DNA from: Thermoanaerobaculia bacterium
Lineage (GTDB): Bacteria > Acidobacteriota > Thermoanaerobaculia > UBA5066
Direction: 5' to 3'
Length of the DNA: 64,000 nt
Assembly (NCBI GenBank): GCA_038245905.1
Contig: JBBRRY010000004.1
Coordinates: 32,001 to 96,000 of the forward strand
Below are positions 19,290 through 30,131 of the stretch, in pieces. How positions within the stretch are numbered: the stretch's first letter is position 1; every line of letters starts with the position of its first letter. The position numbers and the translations under genes were made by a program. The notes beneath the pieces are model-generated. The model was not told the origin of the DNA, did no database searches, and saw nothing but the letters and a program-made list of their open reading frames with translations.

Positions 19290-22200
19290 ATGCCTTTGAA
19301 GGCGCTCCGGCAGTGGACGATTCCGCGCCGCGATCTCGCAGCGGGTGGCTCGGCGCTCGTGCGGCTTTCTCATCCCCTCCTTCCGGCTTTCGTCTCGGCG
19401 TGCTCGGGCCCGCACGGCCTCGTCCTCGGCCTCGAGGGCGCGCGCCCCGTGCCGCTCGGCCGGCTCGACGCTCGTGCCCGCCGTGCGTACCTCGTGAGGC
19501 TCGGCTCGCTCGCGGGATTCCTGTCGTTTCACGGTCTCGGCATCGCCGCGGAAGACGTCCCTCTTCTCGGCGCGCGCGAGGGCGATGCGGACCGGCCGGC
19601 GCTGGGTGCGCCCCCGGCCGCCGCGTGGCGCACCGTGCCTTCCGCGCTCCTGGTCGCGGGCGCGGCCCTGCGACTCGCCGGACGGGCCGTCAAAGGCGAC
19701 GACGCGGACGCGCTGCGCCGTTCGATCCAGAGCGCACTCAATCGCTCCCTGCCGCGCGACGTCACGGAAGACGTTCTTTCCGCGCTCCGCGCCGCGGATG
19801 CGCGCGCGCGTCCGGAGGCGCTCGTCTCGGAGCTCGCCCGGCGGGGCGCCGTGGGACGCGCCGTGTCGCGCGATCTGCTCGGCCTCGCGCTTCCGGCCGT
19901 GACGATCCCGCCCGCTCATCCGGCCCGGCCCGCCGTGGCGGTCGGGCCCGCCGCTCTCTGGCTCGCGCGCGGAGCCGCGCGCCGGGACGAGCCGCCCGCG
20001 TTCCTGGAGTGCGGATCTCTCTCGGCCCTCGAGGAAGGCGGTGCGCTCCGCCGGCTCGCGCGCGCTCTCTCCGGGGATCCGCGAGCGGCGCTCCTCGAGG
20101 CGCTCGCGGACGGGACGCGCGTTCCACGCGCAACTGACGGACCTCCCGTCGCTCTCGTCGCGATCTCTCTCGACCGCTGGGACGGGCGTTCGCGCCGGGC
20201 GTTCGAGGAAGAGCTTCCCGCGTTCGGGTTCCGGCTCTTTGCCACGCGTGCCGCGAGCCTGCGTCTCTGGGAGGAGGCGCCGCTCATCACCTTCCGGATG
20301 AGCCGCGGCGACGCGGCGTCGATTCTCTGGCTTCCCTTTGCGTCCCTCAACGACACCGTGGACGCGTGGCGCGAGGCGGAAGACGTGGCCGGAGCGACGG
20401 ACGCGGGCCGCTTTCTCGAGGTCGCACACGGACTCGCGGCGCGGTTCGATTCCGCGGAAGGGCGCCTCGGTCCCGCTAGGCCGCGGCCGGCCGCTTCGCA
20501 CCGTCCGGATCCCGTGCTCGAAGCGGCCTCTCTTCTCGCCAGCGGATTTGGGGCCGCGGAGGCCGCCGAGGCCGCGGACGTGCCCCTCCGAAATGCGCAA
20601 GAGGCTCTCGCGGCGGCCGCGGAAGCGGGAATCGTCGTACCGTGCGACGCGAACGCGTACTCGTTTCGGGACGACGAAGAACGTGGGAGGGTGGCGGCGC
20701 GCGTGCCCGCTTCGGCTCGCAGGGACGCGGTGGCGCGCCTCGCGAAAGCGGGACTCCCGGACCTCACGCCGTCGCGACTCGCCGTCGCGTCGCTCGCGCG
20801 CGCGAATGCCGGCGACCTTGCGGCGGCTCGCAGCGTCCTCGACGCAGCCGCCCTGAACGCCGACTCCTCCCTCGCCGCGGAGCTTCTCTCTCGCGCGCCC
20901 CGAACAGAGCCCGATCTGGGGCGGCCGCTTCTCGCGGTTTGCGTCCTTCAGAGGGCGGGCCGCCCGGAACGCGCGCGCGCCTTGGCGGGGCGCATCACTG
21001 CCGAGGCGATCGCCAGCAGCCCGCTCGACGAGCGGCTCGCGACGGCCCGGGCGCTCGTCCGCCTGCGCGAGGAGGAACGCGCCCTCGTCCTCTGCCCGGG
21101 AGGCGCACCCGAGGAGGATGTCGCGCGCGCCTGGGTCCTCGTCGAATCCCGGCGTGACGGTGAGGCCAGGCGCGCGCTCGAGCGCGCTCTGGTTGGTCTC
21201 GCGGGGGCCCCCGTAGCGTTCCGCCTCCTCGCGAAGCTGCTCGGCGCGGAGCTTCACGAACGCGCGTCCGAATATGCCGCCGCGGGCGCCGCTCTCGTCG
21301 AGGCGGAGGCGCTGCTGCCTCTCGTCTCCGAGGAGGGGTTCGCGCGCGAGATGGCTCGAACGGCGGGCTACCTCGCGAACGACCTCGGCCGCACCGACGA
21401 GGCCCTCGCGCTCTTCCGGCGCGCGGAAACCCTCTCGAGGAGCGGCCTCGAGCGGGCGGACGCGGCTTACGACGTCGCGCACGCGGCTCTCGACGGCGGT
21501 CGCCTCGATGTCGCGGCGCGTGAGCTGGACGCCGCGCTGGGCCTATACGCGGCGGGCCGGCATGAAGAGCGCTATCTCTCCGCGCTCGGGAACCGCATCG
21601 ACCTCCTCCTTCGCATGGGCGACTTCCCGGCTGCCCGAAGCGTGCTCGAACGGGTTCTCGCCCACGAGCGTGCGAGCGGGCGACGACACCAGATCCTGTT
21701 CGCGGTTCCGAGCCTGCAGGAGCTCGCGCTTCTCGAGGGCGACGACGGCGAGGCTTCGGCAGCGTTCCGCGAGGCGGAGGAGCGCGGGGCGGCGGACCCG
21801 TCGCACCCGGCCTGGCGGGAGATTCTTCTGCTCGAAGCCGAGCGAGTACTTGCGGCGCCGGATCCGGAGGCGGCGCTCACGCTCCTCGCGCGCGCGAGGG
21901 AGATTCCGGACAACCGCTCCCGCACGGAGGCGCGCAGGCTTCGGCTCGTTGCCTCTGCGTCGCGCGACGTCGGCCGAGCGCCCCGTGAGCAACCGGCGGC
22001 CTTTACTCTCGACGAGCGTGTCCTTCTCGACGCGGAGATTGCTTTCGCCTCCGGACGCGCGGCGCCGGATGCCGCGAGTGCGGCTCTCGAACGCCTGGCG
22101 GCGTCGGGCGCCGGGGCCGGAGCCGCGATCCGGCGCGTTCTCGAGTGGTCCGGCCGCTTCCCGGCGTTCTTCGCGACGTCGGCGGCCGGTCCGCTCCTGA

Positions 22201-23237
22201 GACTCGCGGGGCGCGTCGCGGCGCGGGCCGGCCTCTCTCGCGCCGAGGAGCGCTTTTCGCGGCTGCTCGAGCACGGCGCGCCACGCGAGCCTTCGCAGGT
22301 GCCGATCACGTCGCCTCCAGCCGTCGTCGCCGAGGATGCCGCCACGCAGGATCTGTTCGCGAAGGCGGCCCGAGTGGCCCGGTCGACGATTTCGGTTCTC
22401 CTTCTCGGGGAGAGTGGCACCGGGAAGGAGATCGTTGCGCACGAGCTCCATCGCCTCTCGGGCCGGCGAGGACGTTTCCTTGCGGTCAACGTCGCGGCGC
22501 TTCCGGGCACGCTCGCGGAGGCGGAGTTGTTCGGCCACGCGCGAGGCGCTTTCACGGGTGCCGACCGGGATCGCCGGGGCCTCGTCGAAGAGTCGTCCGG
22601 TGGAACGCTATTCCTCGACGAGATCGGCGACCTGCCCCTCGCCCTGCAGGGCAAGCTCCTCCGGGTCCTCCAGGAAGGCGAGGTGAGGCGGCTGGGCGAG
22701 ACCGCCGTGAGGCGCGTCGACCTTCGCGTGCTGGCGGCGACTCACCGCCCTCTCAAGGCGATGGCCGAGGCGGGCTCGTTCCGGATCGATCTGTACTTCC
22801 GGCTGGCCGGGCTCGAGCTCGAGCTGGCTCCTCTGCGGGAGCGTCCGAAGGATCTCGCGCGGCTCGTCGAGGTGGCTCTTGCAGGGCGCGCGACGCTGGC
22901 GCACGAGGCGTCGGCCGCCCTCAAAGCGTGGCCGTGGCCGGGAAACGTACGCGAGCTCCTAGCCGCCATCGAGGCCGCCGTTGCGCTTTCGGCGCCCGGA
23001 CGGGTCATCGCCCTCGAGCACCTTCCCCGCGGCCTGCGCGAGAGGACTCGGGCGCCCGCGGGCGCACGGTCCTATCAGGACGCGCTCCGGGCGGCGCGTC
23101 TCGCGGCCGTCGGCGGGGCGCTCGAGGCGGCCGGGGGTAACCGGACCCGCGCGGCCCGCGCGCTCGGAATCTCGCGTCAGTCGTTGCTCTATGAGATGAA
23201 GAAGCTGGAGATCCATGCGGCGCGCGGCGGACGCTAG
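19290..23237 (+). CDS. Large sigma54-dependent activator with long helical/TPR-like N-terminus
   Basis: GESGTGKE, ELFGHARGAFTGA, LFLDEIG, WPGNVREL, Fis-type HTH (NRTRAARALGISRQSL). Confidence 0.9.
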   Translation: MPLKALRQWTIPRRDLAAGGSALVRLSHPLLPAFVSACSGPHGLVLGLEGARPVPLGRLDARARRAYLVRLGSLAGFLSFHGLGIAAEDVPLLGAREGDADRPALGAPPAAAWRTVPSALLVAGAALRLAGRAVKGDDADALRRSIQSALNRSLPRDVTEDVLSALRAADARARPEALVSELARRGAVGRAVSRDLLGLALPAVTIPPAHPARPAVAVGPAALWLARGAARRDEPPAFLECGSLSALEEGGALRRLARALSGDPRAALLEALADGTRVPRATDGPPVALVAISLDRWDGRSRRAFEEELPAFGFRLFATRAASLRLWEEAPLITFRMSRGDAASILWLPFASLNDTVDAWREAEDVAGATDAGRFLEVAHGLAARFDSAEGRLGPARPRPAASHRPDPVLEAASLLASGFGAAEAAEAADVPLRNAQEALAAAAEAGIVVPCDANAYSFRDDEERGRVAARVPASARRDAVARLAKAGLPDLTPSRLAVASLARANAGDLAAARSVLDAAALNADSSLAAELLSRAPRTEPDLGRPLLAVCVLQRAGRPERARALAGRITAEAIASSPLDERLATARALVRLREEERALVLCPGGAPEEDVARAWVLVESRRDGEARRALERALVGLAGAPVAFRLLAKLLGAELHERASEYAAAGAALVEAEALLPLVSEEGFAREMARTAGYLANDLGRTDEALALFRRAETLSRSGLERADAAYDVAHAALDGGRLDVAARELDAALGLYAAGRHEERYLSALGNRIDLLLRMGDFPAARSVLERVLAHERASGRRHQILFAVPSLQELALLEGDDGEASAAFREAEERGAADPSHPAWREILLLEAERVLAAPDPEAALTLLARAREIPDNRSRTEARRLRLVASASRDVGRAPREQPAAFTLDERVLLDAEIAFASGRAAPDAASAALERLAASGAGAGAAIRRVLEWSGRFPAFFATSAAGPLLRLAGRVAARAGLSRAEERFSRLLEHGAPREPSQVPITSPPAVVAEDAATQDLFAKAARVARSTISVLLLGESGTGKEIVAHELHRLSGRRGRFLAVNVAALPGTLAEAELFGHARGAFTGADRDRRGLVEESSGGTLFLDEIGDLPLALQGKLLRVLQEGEVRRLGETAVRRVDLRVLAATHRPLKAMAEAGSFRIDLYFRLAGLELELAPLRERPKDLARLVEVALAGRATLAHEASAALKAWPWPGNVRELLAAIEAAVALSAPGRVIALEHLPRGLRERTRAPAGARSYQDALRAARLAAVGGALEAAGGNRTRAARALGISRQSLLYEMKKLEIHAARGGR

Positions 23238-23246
23238 ACTCCGCGC

Positions 23247-25292
23247 GTGTCTCTGCGTCGCCGGCTCGGTCTCGCGCTCCTCGCGCTGCTCCCGTTCCTG
23301 AACGGGCTTCCGTACGATTTCACGTACGACGACAAGCTCATCATTCGCGACAACGAGCGCATCGCAGCCCCGGAAAAAGCGGGCGAGATCTTCACGACGC
23401 AATATTTCGGCGGGGCCCTCACGTCGGCCCAGAATTACAGGCCGATCCTCCTCCTGACCTATGCCGTGCAGCACTGGATTCACGGGAACCGGCCGTGGCT
23501 CTTCCGGGTGGTGAATCTCGCGCTGCACGCGGCGGTGACGGTGTCGCTCGGCGAGTGGCTCTTCGCTCTCGGCTTCGCCGCCGGCCCCGCCTCGGCGGTG
23601 GCCGCGCTGTTCGCCGTTGCGACGATCCACGTCGAGGCGGTGACGTCCCTCGTCGGCCGCGCCGAGCTCCTCGCCTCACTGCTCGTCTTCGTCGTGGCAC
23701 GCCTCTGGGTGCGCGCGACGCGCGAAGGCCGCGTCGAGGCGTGGCCCTACTCGGCCGCGCTCGGCCTCTTCCTTCTCGCGGTGTTCGTCAAGGAGAACGC
23801 GATCGTGGCGCCGGGCGTCGTCGTCCTCGGCGAGCTTTTTCGCGGCGGACGCGGCCGATCGCCGCGGGAAACCTGGGTCGGCCTTTCCAAGGCGGCGCGC
23901 TGGGCGCTCGCGGGTTTCACCTTACCGATCGTCGTCCTCTTCGCCGTGCGTCTCGTCGTCATCAAGGGATTCCTCATTTCGAAGGAAGCGGGAATTTTCG
24001 AGCTCGAGAATCCTCTCGTCGTGCTTTCGTTCCCGCTGCGGGCCGCGAACGCCCTCGGCCTCGGTTTGCGCTACGTCGCGATGACGTTTCTGCCGATTCA
24101 CCTCTCGGCCGACCACTCCGCTTACGCCCTGCCGGTCGCGCGCTCGATGAGCGATCCCGCCGCCTGGTGGGGAATCGCCGGGACGCTGGCCGGCGCCGTC
24201 CTCGCGCTCGCGCTTTGGAGGAGTAGGCCGCTCGCCTCGCTCGGCCTCTGCCTTTTCGCCGGCGCGCTGTTTCCCGTCTCGAACGTCCCCTTCGTGATCG
24301 GCACGATCTTCGCCGAGCGTCTCGCCTACCTTCCGTCCGCCGGACTGTTTTGTCTCGCGGTAGGCCTCCTCGCCGCTCCGTTCCGGCAGGTTCCCCGGCC
24401 GGCGCTGCCGTGGCGCGAATGGCTTCTCCTCGCCGTTGTCGCCCTCAGCGGCGCGGCGACCATCTGGCGCAACCGGGTCTGGAGAGACGACCGGACGCTC
24501 TACGCCGACATGGTCGCGAAATATCCCAACTCGGCGAAGGCCCACTACAACGTGGCCTGGGACGCGCAGCGCGAGGGACGCCGGGCCGAAGCCATCCCGC
24601 ATCTGCGCGCGGCCGTCGCGATCTTCCCGTCCTACTACGACGGGTGGGCTCTGCTCGGAAAGCAGCTCTGGGACGAGAAGAAATGGGACGAGGCGATCGC
24701 GTGCTACCGCAAGTCGGTTGAGATCTTCCCAGCTTACGAGAACGGACAGTGGGGGCTCGCGAAGACGCTCGAGGAGTCCGGCAAAGTCGAAGAGGCCCGG
24801 AAGGCTTTCGACGCCGGCGCTGATCAATTCCCCGAGTCGTATCCGATCGCGTATCACCGGGCGGCCTTTCTCGACCTTCACGGCACTCTGGAAGAGGCCG
24901 AGGACGCCTGGAGCGACGCCGTCGAGAACGGCGACGGTGCCGTCTCCGCGCGCCTCGGGCACGCCCGCGTTCTACGGAAGCTCGCGCGTGAGGAGGAGGC
25001 CTGGGACGAGGCGCGCTGGGCGCTCGTGAACGACCCCGCGAACGGCGAGGCGCGCCGTTTTCTCGCGGAGGGGTACGAGCGCGCCGGCCGGATACTTGCC
25101 GGAGGCGCGGAGTGGACGCGCGCCGTGCGCGCGAATCCCGGCGATCCGGTCCTCGCGTCCGAGTTCCTCGAGTACGCGACTCGTCACCGGAATACGCGAT
25201 CCCGCGCATCGCTCCAGATGCCCGTGATTCGCCGGAACTTTCCGAAGCCCGACGAGCGCCTCGCGAGGGCGCTCGCAGCGTTCGGCGACTAG
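23247..25292 (+). CDS. TMTC-like GT-C membrane protein with C-terminal TPRs
   Basis: FTYDD, YRP, HVEAVTSLVGRAELL, KE, AERLAYLPS, RNRVWRD, then TPRs. Confidence 0.85.
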   Translation: MSLRRRLGLALLALLPFLNGLPYDFTYDDKLIIRDNERIAAPEKAGEIFTTQYFGGALTSAQNYRPILLLTYAVQHWIHGNRPWLFRVVNLALHAAVTVSLGEWLFALGFAAGPASAVAALFAVATIHVEAVTSLVGRAELLASLLVFVVARLWVRATREGRVEAWPYSAALGLFLLAVFVKENAIVAPGVVVLGELFRGGRGRSPRETWVGLSKAARWALAGFTLPIVVLFAVRLVVIKGFLISKEAGIFELENPLVVLSFPLRAANALGLGLRYVAMTFLPIHLSADHSAYALPVARSMSDPAAWWGIAGTLAGAVLALALWRSRPLASLGLCLFAGALFPVSNVPFVIGTIFAERLAYLPSAGLFCLAVGLLAAPFRQVPRPALPWREWLLLAVVALSGAATIWRNRVWRDDRTLYADMVAKYPNSAKAHYNVAWDAQREGRRAEAIPHLRAAVAIFPSYYDGWALLGKQLWDEKKWDEAIACYRKSVEIFPAYENGQWGLAKTLEESGKVEEARKAFDAGADQFPESYPIAYHRAAFLDLHGTLEEAEDAWSDAVENGDGAVSARLGHARVLRKLAREEEAWDEARWALVNDPANGEARRFLAEGYERAGRILAGGAEWTRAVRANPGDPVLASEFLEYATRHRNTRSRASLQMPVIRRNFPKPDERLARALAAFGD

Positions 25293-25816
25293 ACCGGCGG
25301 GGGGCTCTCCTCGGCGTGCGCGGCCTCTCCCCGGTCGCTTTCCGTCAGGAGGACGGCGGCGAGCTTCGCCCGGTGGCGCCGGATGAGGTTCACGAGGACC
25401 ACGTACGTGAGCGCGCCGGCGATCACCGAGAGAAAAAGCATTCCGACCGCCATCTGGACGCCGATGGCCTTCATCGTGGGCCCGGCAGCCGTCCAGAACG
25501 AACGCCGGAACATCTCGTGCCATGGCAGGTGGGCGACGGCCTCGCGCCGGGCACGCAGGAGGATGCGTCCGATGGGGATGGCGGCGGCCGCGACCGGAGG
25601 CAGCGTCAGCGGATTCACGACGAGCGTCCCGAGGAGGACGTCCACCTTGTTGAGCTTCAGGATGAAGGCGAGGAGAAGCGCGATGACCCAGTGAAGGCCG
25701 AGAAGCGGCGTGAAGGAGATCGCGACGCCGATCGCGAAAGACGCCGCGACCGTCTCGGGGGGCGAGTCGCTCCCGAGCATGTGAAGGAACCGGTGCTTGA
25801 AGCCCTCACTGTTCAA
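25289..25816 (-). CDS. DUF2062-like membrane protein
   Basis: DSPPETVAASFAIG, FTPLLGLH, NPLT; TTG 25816 or ATG 25780. Confidence 0.75.
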   Translation of the reverse strand: MNSEGFKHRFLHMLGSDSPPETVAASFAIGVAISFTPLLGLHWVIALLLAFILKLNKVDVLLGTLVVNPLTLPPVAAAAIPIGRILLRARREAVAHLPWHEMFRRSFWTAAGPTMKAIGVQMAVGMLFLSVIAGALTYVVLVNLIRRHRAKLAAVLLTESDRGEAAHAEESPPPV

Positions 25817-26837
25817 AGTGGTCGAAGCCCGCGTCCGGAAGGGGCGTGCGCTTTCCACCCCGCACGAGGCGGACGCCGGCGCCGTCGTCGATGGTGCCGA
25901 TCCGCCGGAGGGCGAACCGGCCCGTGAGAGCGTCGATCGCGGCTTGTTTGCGCCGCGGCACCGTGAAGAGCAGCCCGAAGTCCTCGCCGCCGTAGAGAGC
26001 CGTGGCAAGCGGATCCATCCGGAGCACGCCGGCGAGATTGGACAGGGCGGAGTCGGCCGGCAAAAGAGAGGCCTCGACGGTCGCGCCCACGTCCGACGCG
26101 CGGCAGATGCGATAGAGATCGCGCGCGAGACCGTCGGAGACGTCGATGGCCGCCGAGGCGAGCCCCGCGGCGGCGAGCGCGGCGCCGAGCTCTAGCTGCG
26201 GGCGCGGATCGACCTGATGGCGGATGAGCCGCGCCTTCTCGGGCGCGCGCGGCGCCGGGACGCGCCGCCCCTTCGGGTCGAGAACGTCCTTCTCCGCGGA
26301 AAGACGGTAGCCGGCTTCGAGCAGCCGCAGACCCGCGGCCGCGGCGCCGAGCGTTCCGGAGACGTAGAGAGCGTCTCCCGGTTCGGCGCCGGAACGAAGA
26401 AGCGGTTTCTCCGGTGCCTGCCCCATGACCGTCACGGAGACGAAGATCTTCTCGGACGCGGAAAGGTCTCCGCCCACGATGGCGACGCCGTGGTCGGCGG
26501 CGGCTTCGCGTACGCCCTCCGTGAGGGCGTCGAGCCACTCGGGACGCGTCTTTTTCGGGAGGCCGAGGGCGAGGACGGCCCACAGGGGCGTCGCCCCCAT
26601 CGCGGCGAGGTCGGAGAGGTTCACGTTGAGAGCCTTGCGGCCCAATCGACGCGGATCGGAATCGCGCCGGAAGTCGTGATCCTCGAGGAGGACGTCGGTC
26701 GTCACCGCGAGGCGCGCCGGCGCGGCCAGGATCGCGGCGTCGTCGCCGATGCCCGTCTTCACGTCGCGCCGGCGGGTCGCAAATGCCGCGGCGAGTCGCT
26801 GGACGATCGCGTCCTCCGGTGGGAGACCCGCTTTCAT
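25806..26837 (-). CDS. thiL: Thiamine-monophosphate kinase
   Basis: [42 protein letters not shown]. Confidence 0.93.
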   Translation of the reverse strand: MKAGLPPEDAIVQRLAAAFATRRRDVKTGIGDDAAILAAPARLAVTTDVLLEDHDFRRDSDPRRLGRKALNVNLSDLAAMGATPLWAVLALGLPKKTRPEWLDALTEGVREAAADHGVAIVGGDLSASEKIFVSVTVMGQAPEKPLLRSGAEPGDALYVSGTLGAAAAGLRLLEAGYRLSAEKDVLDPKGRRVPAPRAPEKARLIRHQVDPRPQLELGAALAAAGLASAAIDVSDGLARDLYRICRASDVGATVEASLLPADSALSNLAGVLRMDPLATALYGGEDFGLLFTVPRRKQAAIDALTGRFALRRIGTIDDGAGVRLVRGGKRTPLPDAGFDHFEQ

Positions 26838-29233
26838 GCGATCTTCTTCCCCTTTGCGCGGGTCCTCGCGGGCTTCGAAGTGGGGGCGGGGCCGAGCGCG
26901 GCCTTCAGGACGTCGTCGACGCGCGCCGCCTGGACGAACGTGAGGTCCCGCCTCAGCTCCTTCGGAATCTCGGACAGGTCGCGGACGTTCGCCTTCGGGA
27001 TTACGACGACGCGTATTCCGGCGCGCCGGGCCGCGAGGACCTTTTCCTTGAGGCCGCCGATCGGCAGAACGTCTCCGCGAAGCGTGATTTCGCCGGTCAT
27101 GGCCACGTCGCGGCGCACCGGGCGGTTCCCGAACGCCGAGATCATGGCCGTAGCCATGGTGACGCCTGCCGACGGTCCGTCCTTCGGGATCGCGCCTTCG
27201 GGCACGTGCACGTGGATGTCGTGCGTCTCGAAGTAGTCGTCCGCGAGCCCGAAGCGGTCCGCGCGCGAACGGGCGAACGTGAGGGCGGCCTGGGCGGACT
27301 CCTTCATGACGTCCCCGAGCTGGCCCGTGAGCTGGAGCTTGCCCTTGCCGCGCACGGCGCGCGCCTCGACGATCAGGACGTCGCCGCCGACGGCCGTCCA
27401 CGCGAGGCCCGTCGCCGTCCCGACCTGGTCGGTCCTGAGGGCCTCGTCGCGCGTGAACCTCGGATTGCCGAGGAAGAGGCGGACTTCCCGTGGCGTCACC
27501 GCGACGCGTTTCTTGCGGCCGGAGGCCCAACGCACCGCCACCTTGCGGCAGCACGAGCCGATCTCCCGTTCGAAGCTGCGGAGCCCCGCTTCGCGGGTGT
27601 GCCCTTCCACGATCGCCCGGAGGCCCGCGTCGGTAAACGTTACGGCCGCGGGCGGAAGGCCGTTTTCCTTCAGCTGCTTCGGAATCGTGTGCGCCTTCGC
27701 GATCGCGAGCTTCTCCTCCAGCGTGTAGCCCGAGAGGCGGATGACTTCCATGCGATCGAGGAAGGCGGGCTGGATCGTGTCGAGGACGTTCGCCGTGGTG
27801 ATGAAGAGGACCTTCGAGAGGTCGTAGTTCACGCCGAGGTAGTGGTCGCGAAACGTCTTGTTCTGCTCGGGGTCGAGCACCTCGAGGAGCGCCGAGGAGG
27901 GGTCGCCGCGGAAGTCGGCGCCGATCTTGTCGACCTCGTCGAGGATGAAGACGGGGTTCGACGTGCCCGCCTGCGAAAGGCCCTGCACGATGCGCCCCGG
28001 CATGGCGCCCACGTAGGTGCGCCGGTGGCCCCGGATCTCGGCTTCGTCGCGCACGCCACCTAGCGACAGGCGCAGGAACTTGCGGTCGAGGGCGCGCGCG
28101 ATCGAGCGTCCCAACGACGTCTTCCCGACGCCGGGCGGCCCGACGAAGCAGAGGATCGGGCCCTTCGAATCCGGCGCGAGCTTCCGCACCGCGAGAAACT
28201 CGATGATGCGCGTCTTGATCTTGTCGAGATCGTAGTGGTCCTCGTCGAGGATTTTTCGCGCGCGCGGGAGGTCGAGCGTGTCCTTGGAGACGGTTCCCCA
28301 CGGCAGGTTCGCGAGCCAGTCGAGGTACGTGCGCAGCATCGCGTTCTCGGCGGAATCGGGGTTGCCCCGCTCCAGCCGCTTGACCTGTTTCTCGATCTCC
28401 AGCGCCGCTTCCTCCGGGATCTGCTTTTCCGTGATCTTCTTGCGATAGGCGGCGATCTCCTCGGAGATGTCTTCCGTCTCGCCGAGCTCCTGCTGAATCG
28501 CCTTGAGCTGCTGCCTCAGGAAGTACTCGCGCTGGTTCTTGTCGATCTCTCCCTTCGCCGCGCCGGTGATCTCCTGCTGGACGGTCAGGACGCGGACCTC
28601 GCGCCGCAGGATCTCGAGCACCGTGCGCACGCGCTCGAGCGTGGGGATCGTCTCGAGGATTTTCTGGGACTCCTCGATCTTGAGCTCCAGGTTCGAAGCG
28701 GCGAGGTCCGCGAGACGCGCCGGATCGTCAAGACCGGCTGCCACGACCATGACCTCCGGCGAGATCGACTTTCCCAGCGTGACCGTCTTCTCCAGCGCCT
28801 CTTTCACGCTGCGGGTGAGCGCCTCGATCTCCTCCGAGTGGGGCGCCTTCTCATCGGGTTCGGCGATGCGCGTGACCTTCGCGCGCAGAGAGGGCGACTC
28901 GGCGAGAAACGAGTCGATTCTCACGCGCGCGAGGCCCTGCACGAGAAGCCGGATGCGGCCGTCGGGCAGCTTGAGCATGCGCATGACGGCGGCGGCCGTC
29001 CCGATCGTGTAGAGGTCCTCCGGCTTCGGTTCTTCGACGGAGGAGTCCCGCTGGGCGACGAGAAGGAGCACGCGCTGCTCGGCGAGCGCCGCGTCGACGG
29101 CGGAGATCGATTTTTCCCGGGAGACCGACAGCGGCACGATCACATACGGAAAGAGGACGACGTCCTTCAGCGGGAGGACCGGAAGGATGTCGGGGATGAC
29201 GACCTTTTCTGCGGGAGGAGCTTCCGCGCTCAT
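26834..29233 (-). CDS. lon: Endopeptidase La
   Basis: LON N-domain, [36 protein letters not shown]. Confidence 0.97.
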   Translation of the reverse strand: MSAEAPPAEKVVIPDILPVLPLKDVVLFPYVIVPLSVSREKSISAVDAALAEQRVLLLVAQRDSSVEEPKPEDLYTIGTAAAVMRMLKLPDGRIRLLVQGLARVRIDSFLAESPSLRAKVTRIAEPDEKAPHSEEIEALTRSVKEALEKTVTLGKSISPEVMVVAAGLDDPARLADLAASNLELKIEESQKILETIPTLERVRTVLEILRREVRVLTVQQEITGAAKGEIDKNQREYFLRQQLKAIQQELGETEDISEEIAAYRKKITEKQIPEEAALEIEKQVKRLERGNPDSAENAMLRTYLDWLANLPWGTVSKDTLDLPRARKILDEDHYDLDKIKTRIIEFLAVRKLAPDSKGPILCFVGPPGVGKTSLGRSIARALDRKFLRLSLGGVRDEAEIRGHRRTYVGAMPGRIVQGLSQAGTSNPVFILDEVDKIGADFRGDPSSALLEVLDPEQNKTFRDHYLGVNYDLSKVLFITTANVLDTIQPAFLDRMEVIRLSGYTLEEKLAIAKAHTIPKQLKENGLPPAAVTFTDAGLRAIVEGHTREAGLRSFEREIGSCCRKVAVRWASGRKKRVAVTPREVRLFLGNPRFTRDEALRTDQVGTATGLAWTAVGGDVLIVEARAVRGKGKLQLTGQLGDVMKESAQAALTFARSRADRFGLADDYFETHDIHVHVPEGAIPKDGPSAGVTMATAMISAFGNRPVRRDVAMTGEITLRGDVLPIGGLKEKVLAARRAGIRVVVIPKANVRDLSEIPKELRRDLTFVQAARVDDVLKAALGPAPTSKPARTRAKGKKIA

Positions 29234-29634
29234 GCGCCCTTCTTCCCCTTGACGACGGGGATCGAACGGCCGCCGGGCGTCGCTCTCTTCTTCGGCACGT
29301 CGAGGATGAGTAGGCCGTCCGTGTAGGTCGCGCGCGTGTGTTCCGGGTCGGGGTCCTCCGGGAGCTCGAGGGAGCGCTCGAAGGCACCCGCCGCGCGCTC
29401 GACTCGGAGGAAAAGGCCATCCGCGCGGTCCGTCGCGCGGCGGAGGCCCCGGAGCGTGAGGACGCGGCCCTGGATGTTCACCGCGATCTGGTCGGGGTCG
29501 GCGCCCGGGACCTCGAACACGAGCCGCCAGCCGTTCGCGTCCTCGACGACGTCCACGGGCGGCATGCGGCGGTCGGATCGCAGGGAGGTCTCTTCGCCGA
29601 ACAGGAACGCGACGGGACGCTCGCGCTTCTTCAC
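29230..29634 (-). CDS. Hsp20/alpha-crystallin small heat-shock protein
   Basis: PPVDVVE, ERAAGAFERSLELP, ATYTDGLLILDVPK. Confidence 0.9.
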   Translation of the reverse strand: MKKRERPVAFLFGEETSLRSDRRMPPVDVVEDANGWRLVFEVPGADPDQIAVNIQGRVLTLRGLRRATDRADGLFLRVERAAGAFERSLELPEDPDPEHTRATYTDGLLILDVPKKRATPGGRSIPVVKGKKGA

Positions 29635-30107
29635 TTCGATCTCCCCGCCCCGGGCACGCGGCCGAGGAGCGCCTTGAGCTCGTCCACGAAATCTCCGAGA
29701 TCTTCGAACCGGCGATAGACGGACGCGAAGCGAACGTAGGCGACCTGATCGAGCTCCTTGAGCTTCTCCATGACCTGCGCGCCGAGCTCGACGGTCGTCA
29801 TCTCGCGGGGCTCACGCGCCGAGAGCGCGGCTTCGATCTCGTCGCAAATTGCCTCGAGCGTCTTCGTCTCGACGGGCCGCTTCTCGCATGCCTTCATGAG
29901 GCCCCGGAGGAGCTTGTTACGGTCGAACGGCTCGCGTCGGCCGTCTTTCTTCACGACGAGGAGCGGGATGTCCTCGACGGTCTCGTAGGACGTGAAACGG
30001 CGCTGGCAGGCATTGCATTCCCGCCGCCGGCGAATGACCGCCCCTTCGCGGCTTTCGCGCGAGTCGACGACCCGGTCGTCGCCCACACCGCAATAAGGGC
30101 AGCGCAT
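29631..30107 (-). CDS. nrdR: Transcriptional repressor NrdR
   Basis: MRCPYC, VVDSR, RRRECNAC, RFTSYE, AYVRFASVYR. Confidence 0.97.
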   Translation of the reverse strand: MRCPYCGVGDDRVVDSRESREGAVIRRRRECNACQRRFTSYETVEDIPLLVVKKDGRREPFDRNKLLRGLMKACEKRPVETKTLEAICDEIEAALSAREPREMTTVELGAQVMEKLKELDQVAYVRFASVYRRFEDLGDFVDELKALLGRVPGAGRSK

Positions 30108-30131
30108 GGCGGGAGCCTAGCAGGACCGGGG

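Noticed and set aside
25806-28301. Apparent 831 aa ThiL fusion; likewise the long N-termini on 31757..34453, 17104..19218 and 36242..37777
   Set aside because: The extensions overlap neighbouring genes in other frames; coupled or RBS-supported internal starts exist.
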